NCBI GenBank assembly: GCA_009921785.1
Contig: RFXE01000001.1
Location: forward strand, 1 to 28,555
DNA from: Alphaproteobacteria bacterium
GTDB taxonomy: Bacteria; Pseudomonadota; Alphaproteobacteria; Rhizobiales; Beijerinckiaceae
Direction: 5' to 3'
DNA: 28,555 bases
Translations under genes and position numbers: made by a program
Shown here: positions 28,064-28,555 of the stretch, piece by piece
Layout of the letters: the number at the start of each line of letters is the position of its first letter
Position numbering within the stretch: position 1 is the first letter of the stretch
The notes under the pieces: generated by a model
What the model was told of the DNA's origin: nothing
The model's input: only the letters and a program-made list of their open reading frames with translations
Database searches by the model: none

Positions 28064-28202
28064 GTCTTACTCCACTGCTTTCATGAACTCGAAGCTCCTT
28101 AAACGCTTCCGTCAAACGAGGTTCGTCCCCAGAAGTTGACATTTTTGCGTTGCACTTGATGCCCAACTTATCTTTTTTGTATCATCACCTATAAAAATTA
28201 CT

Positions 28203-28244
28203 ATTAGTCAATAATTTATGTCAAGTTATAAATTATTGACTAAT
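28203..28244. promoter_or_regulatory. Perfect 17-bp inverted repeat upstream of the dmd operon
   Basis: ATTAGTCAATAATTTAT-gtcaagtt-ATAAATTATTGACTAAT. Confidence 0.75.
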
Positions 28245-28555
28245 GCATAGTATTTGGACAATTGAGAATCCCACGCCTTTCTTGCGGCCGACGCTTCAAT
28301 TAAGATGTGAGCATCCCACGGGCTCGAGAAGGTTTACGATGCAACCTCTGATTTAGTCCTGAAGTATACAGCGTCCTATTTCGCTATTGTCACCGAAGTC
28401 CAGATCCTCGTCGATCGTTTTATAATTGAGCTTGTAAGGTCTGTTTTGCCAGTCGAGAGCGCTCAACGCTGAGAGGTCTCGTACTTGGGATTATGCCAGA
28501 CTTCCGTTTTAGCCGGGAAAATGGGCGCGCGACCTAGAATGTCATCGCTCAATTT

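Noticed and set aside
28463-28555. Open minus-strand frame at the right edge (…KLSDDILGRAPIFPAKTEVWHNPKYETSQR*)
   Set aside because: May be the C-terminus of an upstream gene, but 30 residues are too few to support or identify.
1-28555. CRISPR arrays, rRNA, intact tRNA, integrase gene
   Set aside because: No regularly spaced repeats, complete cloverleaf or recombinase motifs were seen in the window.

Overview
Alphaproteobacterial (Hyphomicrobiales-like) window in two parts. Bases 1-14547 are core genome: pdxJ (partial, missed by the ORF track), pyrE, spoT/rsh, rpoZ, a NYN/LabA gene, a uracil-DNA glycosylase, a frameshifted and internally shortened ribA, dksA, a Caulobacter/Bradyrhizobium-type flagellar block (fliX, flgI, flgJ, FlgN-like, FlaG-like, flagellin) with CtrA and sigma54 sites, a GH25 muramidase lipoprotein and mgtE. 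From about 14900 to the end is an accessory mosaic: a decayed IS1595-family element, an Fe-alcohol dehydrogenase/aldehyde dehydrogenase pair, DUF1993, an orphan degenerate 3' half of tRNA-Ala (att scar) and an SDR-MAPEG-HxlR module. The main result is a tightly coupled minus-strand four-gene operon: a divergent DmdA-like THF-dependent methyltransferase followed by DmdB-, DmdC- and DmdD-like genes. This amounts to a whole DMSP/methylsulfonium demethylation-demethiolation pathway in one unit, with a perfect 17-bp inverted repeat upstream. Family calls come from motif recognition and recalled reference sequences; no database search was run.
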